Positions 1 to 9,953 are shown, counted from the stretch's first letter. The stretch: DNA of 64,000 bases from Candidatus Poribacteria bacterium (GCA_963665235.2 CAXXLX010000001.1:1888001-1952000); one strand, 5' to 3'. Made by a program: numbers and translations. Notes: generated by a model from the sequence alone, not told the origin.

Positions 1-32
1 GCCCGCTATTACCCCGACACAACAATTTACCG

Positions 33-63
33 TTAGCAGCCATGGAGTGGCTGCCCTATTTTT
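33..63 (-). terminator. Probable intrinsic terminator hairpin of the fadD-SDR transcript, separated from the SDR stop by the inserted element
   Basis: GCAGCCA-TGGAG-TGGCTGC inverted repeat with an adjacent A/T run. Confidence 0.45.
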
Positions 64-73
64 AGCGAATCAT

Positions 74-563
74 CAAAATCTTCGGATTGGAAACCCCCAG
101 CATTTATGCGGGGGAGGAAAATCCGCCTCCTTTTAAAACTATCCCCAAAGGGGGAAGAGAAAACAAATGAACTTTGTTCATTTGTTTTCTCCTTCGGGTT
201 GTTTTTTCGCCACAAACCCGTAGGCGTTCCTCGCTGACTGTGCTGCTTCGTTCAACAGAACTCGCACTTTCTGTTTACTTGACCTGACACGGTTTACTTA
301 TGACACTTTAAGAAAGCAGGTAAGTCTCCTTTCGGAGTATATATTGCCCCATCCCGATCGCGATACCCGCATGAACCCAACCCTTGGGGAGCAGGCTTAG
401 CTATAGAAACTACCACTTGACTATAGCGTTTTAATGGATACGTTGAGGCTGCCACGCCTCGATATCGCGATATATTACGGTAGTAAAAATCTTAATCCTT
501 GACAGGGAACGTGTGTGGCTACGCTTTGTCAAAGCACCCAAGCTTTAGCTGGGTGATCTTTAC
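74..563 (-). mobile_element. Non-autonomous IS200/IS605 element of IscB type (omegaRNA/HEARO-like RNA plus internally deleted ORF remnant)
   Basis: Minus strand starts GTAAAGATC-ACCCAGCTAAAGCTTGGGTG (hairpin; GTAAAGATC can pair with downstream GATTTTTAC). It has an omegaRNA-like 3' segment TGGCGAAAAAACAACCCGAAGGAG...ATG, then right-end hairpin TTCCTCCCCCGCATAAATGCTGGGGGTTTCC, followed by ATGA. Confidence 0.6.
190..563 (-). ncRNA. Putative omegaRNA/HEARO-like structured RNA
   Basis: Several nested stems (GTAAAGATC/GATTTTTAC, CACCCAG/TTGGGTG, TTGACA/TGTCAA, ACTACC/GGTAGT, GAGGC/GCCTC); no long ORF. Confidence 0.5.
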
Positions 564-579
564 AGCTTACTTCTTTCCT

Positions 580-1341
580 TCAATCGTCCAATTCAACAAT
601 TTCGCCTGCCATATTGCGATGCATCGTCGGCCGGATGACCAATTCAGGGATATTGCTCCGTTGTGGCAGATTAGCGATGAGCAGAATTGCCGCTGACGTT
701 TCGGAAACGTCTACCATCATCGTCCGAGCGTCAGCATCCGGTGGAATCGGACGTTTGTCCAAAATTGGTGTTGCCACCTCACCCGGGATGACAACACTCG
801 CTCGGATACCGGTATTTCTTAAGTCGTTGTTCAGGAATTCGGTGAAGTTGATAACCGCTGCCTTCGCTGCGCCGTACGCAAATCCGCTAAACGGCCCAGG
901 CGTAACCGCCGCAAGCGACGAAATATTGATAATCGTCCCGGATTTCGCTTTCAGCATCGCTGGCACGACTGCTTGCGTACAGAAAAACGTGCCGATGAGG
1001 TTCGAATCAATGACTGACCGGATCTCTTCGGGAGTCGTGTTGAGAAGCCTCCGGTTATGTGAGCTGTGGCCCGCATTGTTTACAAGCACATCAATCCGCC
1101 CAAATTTCTCAAGCACATCATCCACCATCTGTTGGACACCGTGGTAATCAGCGACATCGAGTGCGTAACTCGCTGCTGTTCCGCCTGCTGTCGTAATTTC
1201 TGTTTTCACAGCCTCCAGCTTGGGTTCTGTTCTACCGACGATTACAACGTTAGCACCTGCTTGTGCCATCTTTCGGGCAGCATCGCGGCCAATTCCACTA
1301 CCGCCGCCTGTGATAATACAGACCTGTTCCTCTAAACTCAT
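580..1341 (-). CDS. Short-chain dehydrogenase/reductase (SDR)
   Basis: TGGGSGIG Rossmann motif, NNAG, catalytic YGAAK. Confidence 0.95.
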   Translation of the reverse strand: MSLEEQVCIITGGGSGIGRDAARKMAQAGANVVIVGRTEPKLEAVKTEITTAGGTAASYALDVADYHGVQQMVDDVLEKFGRIDVLVNNAGHSSHNRRLLNTTPEEIRSVIDSNLIGTFFCTQAVVPAMLKAKSGTIINISSLAAVTPGPFSGFAYGAAKAAVINFTEFLNNDLRNTGIRASVVIPGEVATPILDKRPIPPDADARTMMVDVSETSAAILLIANLPQRSNIPELVIRPTMHRNMAGEIVELDD

Positions 1342-1363
1342 GTTTTACCTCTTCGGTGTAATC

Positions 1364-3133
1364 CTATTCGTCGCCATACATGTCCGCTATCAGGTCGCTG
1401 TATCTTTCCATAATGACGTTACGCTTTAATTTTAGCGTTGGTGTCATCTCATCTTCTTCTTGAGAAAATTCCTTCTCAAGCAAGGTGAATCGACGGACCT
1501 GTTCAAAGTCGGAGAAATCTGTCAAACGTTCCTGAATTTCCCCCTGAATCAACTGTTGGACTTCACGCGTTTTGACCATTTCGGCCTGCTCGCTTGTGTC
1601 AATGCTATTCTCCTTCCCCCAGGCTTTGAGTGCTTCGAAGTTTGGTACAATCAGTGCAGCGAGGTTTTTACGTTCGTTGCCCATCAGCAGAATTTGGTCA
1701 ATAAATGGGCTTTGCACCAATTCACTCTCTATCGGTTGCGGTGCGACATTCTTACCATTGGAAAGGACGATAATATTTTTCTTCCGGTCGGTAATTTTAA
1801 CGAACTCGTCCTCGTCAATGATACCGATATCGCCAGTGTGGAACCATCCATCGGCATCGATAACTTCCGCTGTTGCGGTGGGATTGTCGAAATACCCTTT
1901 CATGACGTGTGGGCCGCGCGTCAAAATCTCACCATCTTCAGCGATTTGGACTTCGACCCCGGGCACGGTTGGCCCGACGGTGCCAAATTTCCATTTTTCT
2001 GGATAGTTGAGGCTAATAACAGGTGAGGTTTCTGTTAGACCGTATCCCTCTAAAATCAGTATTCCCGCTGCGTGGAAAAATTCTGCGATAGATTGGGGTA
2101 ACGCTGCGCCGCCTGATATGAAAAATCGCAACCTGCCGCCTGTTGCCGCCTTCAATTTTGTGAAGACTAACTTGTCTGCGAGGCCAGCCTTGATTTTCAG
2201 CGGAACGGACGGTTTTTTGCCGTGTTGAATTGCGGAACTTACGGCTGACCCGACGGATACCCCCCAATGGAATATTTGCTGTTTCAGAGATGACCCGGCT
2301 TCAACCTGCCGCAGAATTTTATCGTGCATCGCTTCGTAAAGCCGGGGAACGCTTAACATCACCGTCGGAGAAACCTCCCGCATATTCTCGGCAACCGTGA
2401 ACATGCTTTCGGCATAAGCGATTTTCGCCCCGGAGCACAGCGGTATATAATGCCCCCCAAGCCGTTCGAAGACATGGGACAATGGCAGAAATGATAATAA
2501 CACATCCGTTTCATCTATGGAAACACGTGTTTTGCAGGCTTCAAGGTTTGAAATAAAATTCGCGTGCGTCAACATTACCCCTTTTGGGTCGCCTGTTGTG
2601 CCTGACGTATAGATAATTGTGGCGATGTCATCCTCATTTATAGGTACACCTGTTTCAGAGGCTTCCTGTTCGGTGAACGTCTTAAAACTGATAATATCCA
2701 GCGGGGACTCATCCGCTTCCTCAATTGAATCGAACAGAATAATCTGTGTAAGTTCAGGTAACTCCGACTGGATATCGGTTACCTTTTCCAACTGCTTTTC
2801 GGTTGAGACACAGATAATTTTCGCGCCGGAATGCTTCAAAATGTAGCCAGCTTGTACTGGTGTCAGCGTTGAAAAGAGTGGTACAGTTATCGCGCCTGCG
2901 CTGAGAATGCCGAAGTCAGCGATTGCCCATTCCGGCCGATTTTCGGATAAAATGGCGACCCTGTCCCCTTTCTGAATTCCGTGGGCGATTAATCCGCTGC
3001 GAAATGCTGCAACGGATTCACCCAGGGTGGCATAGGAGATGTCCTGATATGTCTCCCCTTTCGGTTTATATGCCAAGGCAGGTCTGTCGCCATATTGCTG
3101 AATTGCGCTTTCTAACATAGCGGTGAGCGTCAT
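1364..3133 (-). CDS. fadD: Long-chain fatty acid--CoA ligase (AMP-dependent synthetase)
   Basis: IIYTSGTTGDPKG, EGYGLTET, GWFHTGDIG, DRKKNII motifs. Confidence 0.92.
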   Translation of the reverse strand: MTLTAMLESAIQQYGDRPALAYKPKGETYQDISYATLGESVAAFRSGLIAHGIQKGDRVAILSENRPEWAIADFGILSAGAITVPLFSTLTPVQAGYILKHSGAKIICVSTEKQLEKVTDIQSELPELTQIILFDSIEEADESPLDIISFKTFTEQEASETGVPINEDDIATIIYTSGTTGDPKGVMLTHANFISNLEACKTRVSIDETDVLLSFLPLSHVFERLGGHYIPLCSGAKIAYAESMFTVAENMREVSPTVMLSVPRLYEAMHDKILRQVEAGSSLKQQIFHWGVSVGSAVSSAIQHGKKPSVPLKIKAGLADKLVFTKLKAATGGRLRFFISGGAALPQSIAEFFHAAGILILEGYGLTETSPVISLNYPEKWKFGTVGPTVPGVEVQIAEDGEILTRGPHVMKGYFDNPTATAEVIDADGWFHTGDIGIIDEDEFVKITDRKKNIIVLSNGKNVAPQPIESELVQSPFIDQILLMGNERKNLAALIVPNFEALKAWGKENSIDTSEQAEMVKTREVQQLIQGEIQERLTDFSDFEQVRRFTLLEKEFSQEEDEMTPTLKLKRNVIMERYSDLIADMYGDE

Positions 3134-3154
3134 AAAATAATACCTCCTGATTGT

Positions 3155-3586
3155 CTATTCATCGCCATTCGAGCGTAACAGGTGTATTCCGATAGCACCA
3201 TTTAGCAATGGAAGTATAGCATCAAAGATAATCCATATCGTCGATTGGGTTTCGGGGCCAATGGCTGTAAAGGTTTCAGCGTTGAGCAAAATGAACCAAT
3301 TCCAGAAGAAAATTATAGCGGCAAACATGAAACCGTAGAATAACGTGTTCGCTGCGATAAACTCTTGAACACTGGAGCTCTCGTTGACTTTTTTCATGCG
3401 AATGTAGCTGAATATTATCCCCAGTACTATTGAAATAGCAGAAAGTGGGTTGATGTAACCCCAAATAGAGCTATACAGATTAGCGTCGGTAGAAGTGTGG
3501 TATATCGGTTCAATGACTGTGTGAATTGCGACTATTGCTGCGATGGCGATGTGAACAACGCCTATGACTTTCTTGAGGCCTTCCAT
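3155..3586 (-). CDS. Hypothetical 4-TM membrane protein
   Basis: Four hydrophobic segments; start moved to MEGLKK after an AAGGAG RBS. Confidence 0.75.
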   Translation of the reverse strand: MEGLKKVIGVVHIAIAAIVAIHTVIEPIYHTSTDANLYSSIWGYINPLSAISIVLGIIFSYIRMKKVNESSSVQEFIAANTLFYGFMFAAIIFFWNWFILLNAETFTAIGPETQSTIWIIFDAILPLLNGAIGIHLLRSNGDE

Positions 3587-3806
3587 GATATTCTCCTTCC
3601 CTAATTGGGTTTGTAACGTATATTTCGTGATAGCACCCAACGCCTAAAGGCGACCGTGTGAAAACTTTCACGGAGCACTATCCCTGCCTACAACGAAATT
3701 TCCGGACATTTTCTTAATTTTAGCAAAAAGGCGATTAAATGTCAAATGCAAAAATTAAACCACCATGAAAATTTTTTGACTTTTTACGGAAAATTTATAC
3801 TTTTAT

Positions 3807-4357
3807 CAAGTCCCCCGCTACAAAACCCCCGTGCTTTAGCTGGGGGATGTAGTAGCGGCGCATGAGTTGAAAATTTCATTTGACTTTCTGTCGAAAATAT
3901 GGTATAAGATATACAGCTGCTGGTAGAGAATTAACGACTTTAGCAACCTTGCTATTGTTCTCTACCACCCACGTTAATGGGCAGAGCAGTTGCAGCGAAC
4001 CACAGACACTGCCAGCGGTATAAACTCTAAATATAGACCGGAATTCCCTGTAAACAAATATAGGACTAGCTGTCCTGCGAAGTGCCCAAATACGTGAGCG
4101 CTACTTAGCTGCCTGATAGTCCCCTGGAGGATACAGCTATCTGAGTGCACCGCACTAAAAAACTTGTCCTGATTTTTCCGCTAAACGGAAATTTTGTATT
4201 GTAGGGCAGGGCATTGTCCTACTTGAGTAGAACGTGTTAGACTTGTTTTGTAAGTCCTTTTTGGACAACAACCTACAAGCGTCGTTTGTTGATGCCACAA
4301 TCTACCCAGAGAAGCATTGGGCTCTTTCTAAGAATCCCCCTTGCTTTAGCATGTCAA
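3807..4357 (+). mobile_element. Non-autonomous IS605/TnpB-type element without a protein gene; right-end hairpin damaged
   Basis: TTTAT precedes left-end hairpin CCCCCGTGCTTTAGCTGGGGG. The right end AGAATCCCCCTTGCTTTAGCATGTCAA resembles tnpB right ends with the GGGGAG arm deleted. A reRNA-like segment starts GTAGGGCAGGGCATTGTCCTAC. Confidence 0.55.
3880..3908 (+). promoter_or_regulatory. Sigma70-type promoter inside the IS605-like element
   Basis: TTGACT-17 bp-TATAAG with extended -10 TG. Confidence 0.6.
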
Positions 4358-4455
4358 TGTTGATTGCAAGTAGGCGTGGTCAAGAGGGTTTCCACCCACT
4401 GCCGCAATACCACAAGTTGGCTAAAACCCTCTAAAAAATATAAGGAGATTTAAGT

Positions 4456-5652
4456 ATGAAAATAAGAGGCGTTACAACATTCGCGTTTGTAGTGGCAGTT
4501 GTTTTGGCTCTGGGGCTTTCCGGTTGCGAGAGGGCTGACGATGGCATCATTGACCTCAACAACGTCACAGAAGTTTTAGAAAATAACAAAGTGGAAGAAA
4601 TTAACATCGGCATTATCGTATCTCAATCAGGGAAAGATGCCGCACCCTATGGGTGGCCAATGCTACACGGTTTTCATTTGGCACGAGAAGAGATTAACAA
4701 GGCACGAATCGGCAATGCAAGACTCAAGTTCCAGGTTGTAGACGACGAGAGCTCTGCAGCAGGCGCGAAGGCAGCTGTCCAAACATTGGTTGAAGCCGGT
4801 GTTCCTGTCATTGCCGGAATTGCTATCTCAACTTACCTCAAAGAGGCTTTTCCAGTTGCACAAGACGCGGGAGTAGTCGCTTTCAGTCCTGTCTCCTCCG
4901 CTGCTGGTCTAAGCAAAGAAATTGGAGATTTCGTCTTCCGTGCTGCTATCGCTACAAATATAGTCATGCCGAGTGGTGTGATGACGACTCAGAGCAAACT
5001 TGGCTATACAAAAGCGGCAGCGATATATGATGAGATTGATGCCTATTCCACAAGCAGCAACGAGGAGATAAGCAAAGCACTTGAAGCAAACGGGGTTGAG
5101 ATAATTGCTACGGAAACCTTTAGCACCGGCGACACCGATTTTTCCGAGCAATTAACCAAGATAAAGGATATGGCACCTGAGGCTGTCTTCATTTCTGCGC
5201 TGGCATCAGAGATACCTGAGATTATCAAACAGGGACGCGCGCTTGGAATTCCCGATACTGTTCACTTTATTGTGCCCGATTTAACCCAAAGCGAAATACA
5301 GCAAGCGGGTGATGCCGCCGAAGGAGCAGTAGCTTTTACGGGGTGGTCCAGTTTTTCTGACACACCCGGAAATCAGGATTTCATCGAGAATTATCAGATG
5401 AAATACAAAAGAGCACCGTTACCCTGGGCAGCACAGTCTTATGCAGCCCTGCACATTCTCGCTGACGCAATTAAGAACGCAGAGAAAAATCCAGATGGAA
5501 TGAGAGATGCAGCCGGAATTCGAGATGCACTCGCGCAAACTCAGGATTTTCCTACGATTTTAGGGGACTTCTCTTTTGATGCCGATGGCGAAGCTATATA
5601 CGACTCGACTGTACTTATCGTTAAGGATGGAATGCTTCAACTCTTTGAGTAA
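4456..5652 (+). CDS. ABC transporter substrate-binding lipoprotein, LivJ/LivK-like (Peripla_BP_6)
   Basis: Lipobox LSGC, VVDDES, DTDFSEQLTKIK, AAQSYAA, FDADGE; no permease genes adjacent. Confidence 0.9.
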   Translation: MKIRGVTTFAFVVAVVLALGLSGCERADDGIIDLNNVTEVLENNKVEEINIGIIVSQSGKDAAPYGWPMLHGFHLAREEINKARIGNARLKFQVVDDESSAAGAKAAVQTLVEAGVPVIAGIAISTYLKEAFPVAQDAGVVAFSPVSSAAGLSKEIGDFVFRAAIATNIVMPSGVMTTQSKLGYTKAAAIYDEIDAYSTSSNEEISKALEANGVEIIATETFSTGDTDFSEQLTKIKDMAPEAVFISALASEIPEIIKQGRALGIPDTVHFIVPDLTQSEIQQAGDAAEGAVAFTGWSSFSDTPGNQDFIENYQMKYKRAPLPWAAQSYAALHILADAIKNAEKNPDGMRDAAGIRDALAQTQDFPTILGDFSFDADGEAIYDSTVLIVKDGMLQLFE

Positions 5653-5677
5653 TCCCCAACCCCTCACTACACGTACC

Positions 5678-5720
5678 AAAAGAACCGTTATCAGCCACTT
5701 CTGCTAATAACGGTTCTTTT
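5678..5720. terminator. Bidirectional intrinsic terminator
   Basis: AAAAGAACCGTTAT...ATAACGGTTCTTTT between convergent genes. Confidence 0.75.
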
Positions 5721-5729
5721 GTTTAATGC

Positions 5730-5776
5730 TACTATAGTTTGGACAATATCCGTGAGCCTGATGCCCGATTTCCAAA
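5730..5776 (+). repeat. Dispersed repeat / MITE end, inverted copy at 55857-55901
   Basis: TACTATAGTTTGGACAATATCCGTGAGCCTGATGCCCGAT matches the reverse complement TACTGTAGGTTGGACAATTTCTGTGAGACAGATGCCCGAT. Confidence 0.6.
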
Positions 5777-5885
5777 GCATTTCTCATTTTTCTATAAGTT
5801 CCTCACACAAATGCAAATAGCAGAAAATAGACTCAAATGGGTTTTGCAAAGCGCAGTCCCAGCGGGGCGGAATGTTTATAGCATG

Positions 5886-6034
5886 TTGGCTAATGGCTAA
5901 TGGCTGTTAGCAATTAGCAAGAGAAAGAAACAAAAGGGAGAAACCTCTAACGCGCGTCAGATATGTGTTTAGAATCACAAACCTCTTGCCAATTGCCAAT
6001 CGCCAATCGCCAATCGCCAATCGCTAATTGCTAA
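5886..6034. repeat. Heptamer-armed palindromic element
   Basis: Left arm (TGGCTAA/TAGCAAT)n, right arm (TTGCCAA/TCGCCAA/TTGCTAA)n, core ACGCGCGTCA...ACAAAC(C)TCTTGC also present at 55767-55852. Confidence 0.75.
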
Positions 6035-6053
6035 TTTCGCGTCGTATCAGGAA

Positions 6054-8978
6054 TTAATTCCGTGCTTCAGGCGTAACTTTCAACTTTACCTCTTTTCCAT
6101 CTCGCATCACAACGACTTCAACAGGGTTTCCAATTTTGACAGCGTCAAGGGCGTACGTATAATCATAGATATTGGTAATCTTTTTACCGCCAAATTTAAC
6201 GATGATATCCCCGCCCTTTAATCCCGCTTTATCGGCGGGCCCGCCAGCGCGAACTCCGGAGAGTTTGACTCCCGCACCTTCTGTGGTATAATCAGGGATT
6301 GTTCCCAGATATGCACGCAGTGTATCGCGGCTGCCCTCTTCAGACCTGCTCCGTTCTACCTTTACATATTCAGGACGCGTATCGGCACTGACAAGGTCCG
6401 AAATAATTCCGTAGGCCAAGCTTGAGATACGTTCTAAACCGGTATAGTTAAGCGTGCTTGCATCATCGGTTGGACGGTTGTAATCTTCGTGGGCCCCTGT
6501 GAAAAAGTTGAGGACCGGCACCTCTTTCGGATAGAAGGCGGTCACATCCGTTGGCAAATAGGGGTCTTCTTGCAACGTTAGATTAAAACCGATAGGCACG
6601 TTCCGCTTTTCAATGAGCTTTGTCCAGATAGGTGATGAACCGACCCCTTGCAGGATAAGTCTGTTTTCGCGCAGTCGTCCGACCATATCGAAGTTGATGT
6701 AGGCTGCAACGTTCTCTAAGGGAAGCACGGGCGCGTTCACAAAGTGCGTAGAGCCGATGAGCCCAAGTTCTTCACCTGACCAGAGTGCGAAGATAATGCC
6801 TCTGTTGAATTTTTCTGGCATTTGTTGACTAAACATCGTTGCAAGTTTCAAAACGACAGCGGTGCCGGAAGCATTATCATCCGCCCCGTTATGGATTTGT
6901 CCCTCTTCCCCCTTTCTTGCAAGTGAGCTGATTTCACCGTGTCCGATATGGTCATAGTGTGCCCCGACGATGATATACTCAGCCTCATCTGTTTGTTCGG
7001 TTAACGTTGGCGGGATAATCGCGAGGACATTTTTATCCGTTTTCTTAACCTTTTCAATGGAAACATCAATTTTGATTTTAACGTGAGGCAACGGGAATTG
7101 ACCGACAAAGTGCGGATTTTCAACATCAAGTCCGGATTGAACCTCTTTCAAGGTTTTACCGGACGGTGCAAAAAGCGCGTTTGCGATGGTATCGGTGATG
7201 GAAGCAGCGACAATACCAGAGTCGGCAAGGCTGCTGTCAAAATCGAGCGGTATTAATTTGCCACCGTTTGGCGAATTCGGTCCGGCGACGACAAGAAATG
7301 CCTTGGCACCGTGTTCACGTGCCAGCATCGCCTTGTAACGGAGCCCCGCATACCGATTCAGGAGCTGCCTCCGTTCAGCGTCAACCGCTTCTGGAACATA
7401 GCGAAGGGCGACGACGATTTTATCCTTTACATCCAGACCCGCGTAAGCATCGTATCCCTCACCCATCTCCCCCGGAACGGAAAGCCCATATCCGACGAAC
7501 ACGACCTCCCCCTCAACGCCGCCGTTGCGTGAGAAGGAGAGCGGCAGGAAGTCTTTTTCAATTGTAAATTCAGTGCCTGTCTCGGTTTCGTGGGACCTGT
7601 GTGTGATATGAAAACGATTTTCATGAGGTATCACCTTTCTACCCGCTGTGAATTCAAAGGTTTGAAAATAGCTGTCCTCCTCGCCTGCGGGTTTGAGGTT
7701 GCGTTGCATAAATTGGGCAGCGATGTAATCCGCTGCGCGTTTCGCGCCATCTGTGCCGGTCATTCTTCCTTGTAGAGCATCGTCAGCTAGGAATTGAACG
7801 TGCTGGCGGAGGGTAGGCTCCGTTTTATCTGTCAATTCAGCAGCTGCATCCGCGGTCTGTGGAATTTCTGAAATTTGGCTCCGCGGTGCTGCGTAAATCG
7901 CTTTCAGCGCAGCGTTGTGGCTCCAGGAGGCGAGATAGAGTTGTGAAACCTCTTGACTGTTACGATTAGAGGTCCAGCACAATCGATTTCCATCGGGTGA
8001 AAAGACCGGTAGTCCATCAAAACCATCGGTTTCGGTAACGCGAATAGGTTCATGTCTGCCCTTTGCGTCGACGAGATAGAGCTCGAAGTTGGAAAATCCG
8101 AGTTTGTTGGAGGCAAAAATGACGTATAACCCGCTTGGGTGGAAATAGGGTGCCCAGGACATGCTATCGAAATCTGTCAACCGTTGGACCCCTGTGCCAT
8201 CCAAGCGCATCGTGTAGATATCGGATTTGCTGCCATCAGGTGTGAAATGCCGCCAGACGATGTGTTGTCCATCTGGGGTAAAGAAGGGCCCGCCATCGTA
8301 TCCTGGCCAGTCGGTTAAGCGTCTCTGATTGGTGCCATCCGCATCCATGATATAAATTTCACCAAAATAGGCGGGGTCAACTTCGAGCTGTTTCAGGTCT
8401 TTAGGTGTAAGTTGACTTTTCGGGTATGCGTCCCGCAGTGAACAGAACACGATGTGTTCACCATTGGGGGAGTATGAGGCTTCAGCATCGTATCCGTGCG
8501 CGTCTGTCAACTGTGTCAGGTCGCTTCCGTCTCGGTTTGCGCTGAAGATGTCCATCGCTTCGTCGTAATCCCAGCTATAGCGACGTTCTTTTCCGGAGGC
8601 GCGGAACTTGAGTTCCTCCACCTGTTTCGCCTTTGCGAAAACGTCGTGGTGTGTAGAGGCGTAAAGTACCTGCTCGGTTCCGGGTCGAAAGAAAGCACAT
8701 GTTGTTTTGCCAACCCCGGGTGAGACGCGATGCGTATCGCCTGTTAGTAGGTTTAAGAGGTATATTTGATAGAACGGGTTGTCAGGTTCGCGTTCGCTTT
8801 GAAAGATGAGCGCGTTTCCATCTTCGGAGAAATAGCCTTCTCCGGCACGCTTTCCATCGTACGTGAGTTGTCGGATATCGCTGAGAAATTGGGATTCCTC
8901 GGCGGAGACAGAAACGGTTAGGAGTAGCAAGCAGAAAAGAGTCAACCCTGTTCTAGCAAGGCATTTCACGAAACGCAT
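6054..8978 (-). CDS. Secreted M28-family aminopeptidase with TolB/PD40 propeller, PA and PDZ domains
   Basis: Signal peptide; PD40 repeats (YDAEASYSPNG, YDGGPFFTPDG); GAHYDH, GADDNASG, SGEELG, NFDMVG; C-terminal PDZ (YLGTIPD...GGPADKAGLKGGD). Confidence 0.92.
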   Translation of the reverse strand: MRFVKCLARTGLTLFCLLLLTVSVSAEESQFLSDIRQLTYDGKRAGEGYFSEDGNALIFQSEREPDNPFYQIYLLNLLTGDTHRVSPGVGKTTCAFFRPGTEQVLYASTHHDVFAKAKQVEELKFRASGKERRYSWDYDEAMDIFSANRDGSDLTQLTDAHGYDAEASYSPNGEHIVFCSLRDAYPKSQLTPKDLKQLEVDPAYFGEIYIMDADGTNQRRLTDWPGYDGGPFFTPDGQHIVWRHFTPDGSKSDIYTMRLDGTGVQRLTDFDSMSWAPYFHPSGLYVIFASNKLGFSNFELYLVDAKGRHEPIRVTETDGFDGLPVFSPDGNRLCWTSNRNSQEVSQLYLASWSHNAALKAIYAAPRSQISEIPQTADAAAELTDKTEPTLRQHVQFLADDALQGRMTGTDGAKRAADYIAAQFMQRNLKPAGEEDSYFQTFEFTAGRKVIPHENRFHITHRSHETETGTEFTIEKDFLPLSFSRNGGVEGEVVFVGYGLSVPGEMGEGYDAYAGLDVKDKIVVALRYVPEAVDAERRQLLNRYAGLRYKAMLAREHGAKAFLVVAGPNSPNGGKLIPLDFDSSLADSGIVAASITDTIANALFAPSGKTLKEVQSGLDVENPHFVGQFPLPHVKIKIDVSIEKVKKTDKNVLAIIPPTLTEQTDEAEYIIVGAHYDHIGHGEISSLARKGEEGQIHNGADDNASGTAVVLKLATMFSQQMPEKFNRGIIFALWSGEELGLIGSTHFVNAPVLPLENVAAYINFDMVGRLRENRLILQGVGSSPIWTKLIEKRNVPIGFNLTLQEDPYLPTDVTAFYPKEVPVLNFFTGAHEDYNRPTDDASTLNYTGLERISSLAYGIISDLVSADTRPEYVKVERSRSEEGSRDTLRAYLGTIPDYTTEGAGVKLSGVRAGGPADKAGLKGGDIIVKFGGKKITNIYDYTYALDAVKIGNPVEVVVMRDGKEVKLKVTPEARN

Positions 8979-9013
8979 CTCAATGTCCTCCAATTTCCAG
9001 ATTGTAATGTGGA

Positions 9014-9865
9014 TTACAGATATTGGTTTGCCATCTTTTTGAGAAAGGCGAGTCCATCTGTAGCGAGACTTTCGGCACTCGGTGCAATGTCACGCCAGAT
9101 ACACGTTGCAGCGGCAATCTCTTTGACCGCGGGTGTAAACGACTCAATGACGAGCCATCTATCATAGTTAACCTTGGCGAGTGCACTGAATACGCCATCC
9201 CAATCGACAAGACCTGTACCGGGGGTGCCGCGGTCGTTTTCACAGCAGTGCATGTGATGCAAAAACGTCCCTGTGTTTACAATTGCTTCCGCCTGGTCCT
9301 TTTCCTCTATGTTCATGTGGAAGGTATCGAGGTGAACTTTGAAGTACGGACTATCAACGGCTTCAGCGAGTTTAACGGCATCTTCGGCAATGTTGACGAA
9401 GTAGGTTTCAAAGCGGTTGAGCGGTTCGCTGGCAAGCGTGACTCCGTGTTTCCCACCGAATTCGGCGACCTCTTGTAACCCCGCAACGCACCACTCCCAC
9501 TCCTGTTGATTTCTGCCTCTGCCCACTAGTTTACCGACGGCACTGTACATCGGACCGACAAGCGTATCCGCTCCCAATTCGGCGATAACCTCGATTGTGC
9601 GTTTGAGATAGTTTTTTCCGTTTTCCCGAATGGCTGGGTCTTCGTCAATCGGATTTCTATCGCCTGCCATGATATTACACCCGATGGTTTCTAAGCCTGT
9701 ATCCTTAAGGATTGCTTGGGTATAGGGGATGTCGACCGTATCAGGGTCAAAAATCGGAATTTCGACTCCATCGAACCCCATGTCTGCAACTTTCGGAATG
9801 AGGTCCGCAGTTTCTCTATCGAACTTATCTGCCCAGAGTAATAAATTGACACCAAATTTTGGCAT
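9014..9865 (-). CDS. Sugar phosphate isomerase/epimerase, D-psicose/D-tagatose 3-epimerase family
   Basis: EPLNRFE, LDTFHMNIEE, ENDRGTPG, IESF metal-binding motifs. Confidence 0.9.
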   Translation of the reverse strand: MPKFGVNLLLWADKFDRETADLIPKVADMGFDGVEIPIFDPDTVDIPYTQAILKDTGLETIGCNIMAGDRNPIDEDPAIRENGKNYLKRTIEVIAELGADTLVGPMYSAVGKLVGRGRNQQEWEWCVAGLQEVAEFGGKHGVTLASEPLNRFETYFVNIAEDAVKLAEAVDSPYFKVHLDTFHMNIEEKDQAEAIVNTGTFLHHMHCCENDRGTPGTGLVDWDGVFSALAKVNYDRWLVIESFTPAVKEIAAATCIWRDIAPSAESLATDGLAFLKKMANQYL

Positions 9866-9953
9866 TTTCGGTTTTTCTCCTTCTCGCGGTTATATACTTT
9901 TTTGTAGTTTACCACAAATTGCAAAACGTTTCAAGAATTTTTGGCGGATACGA

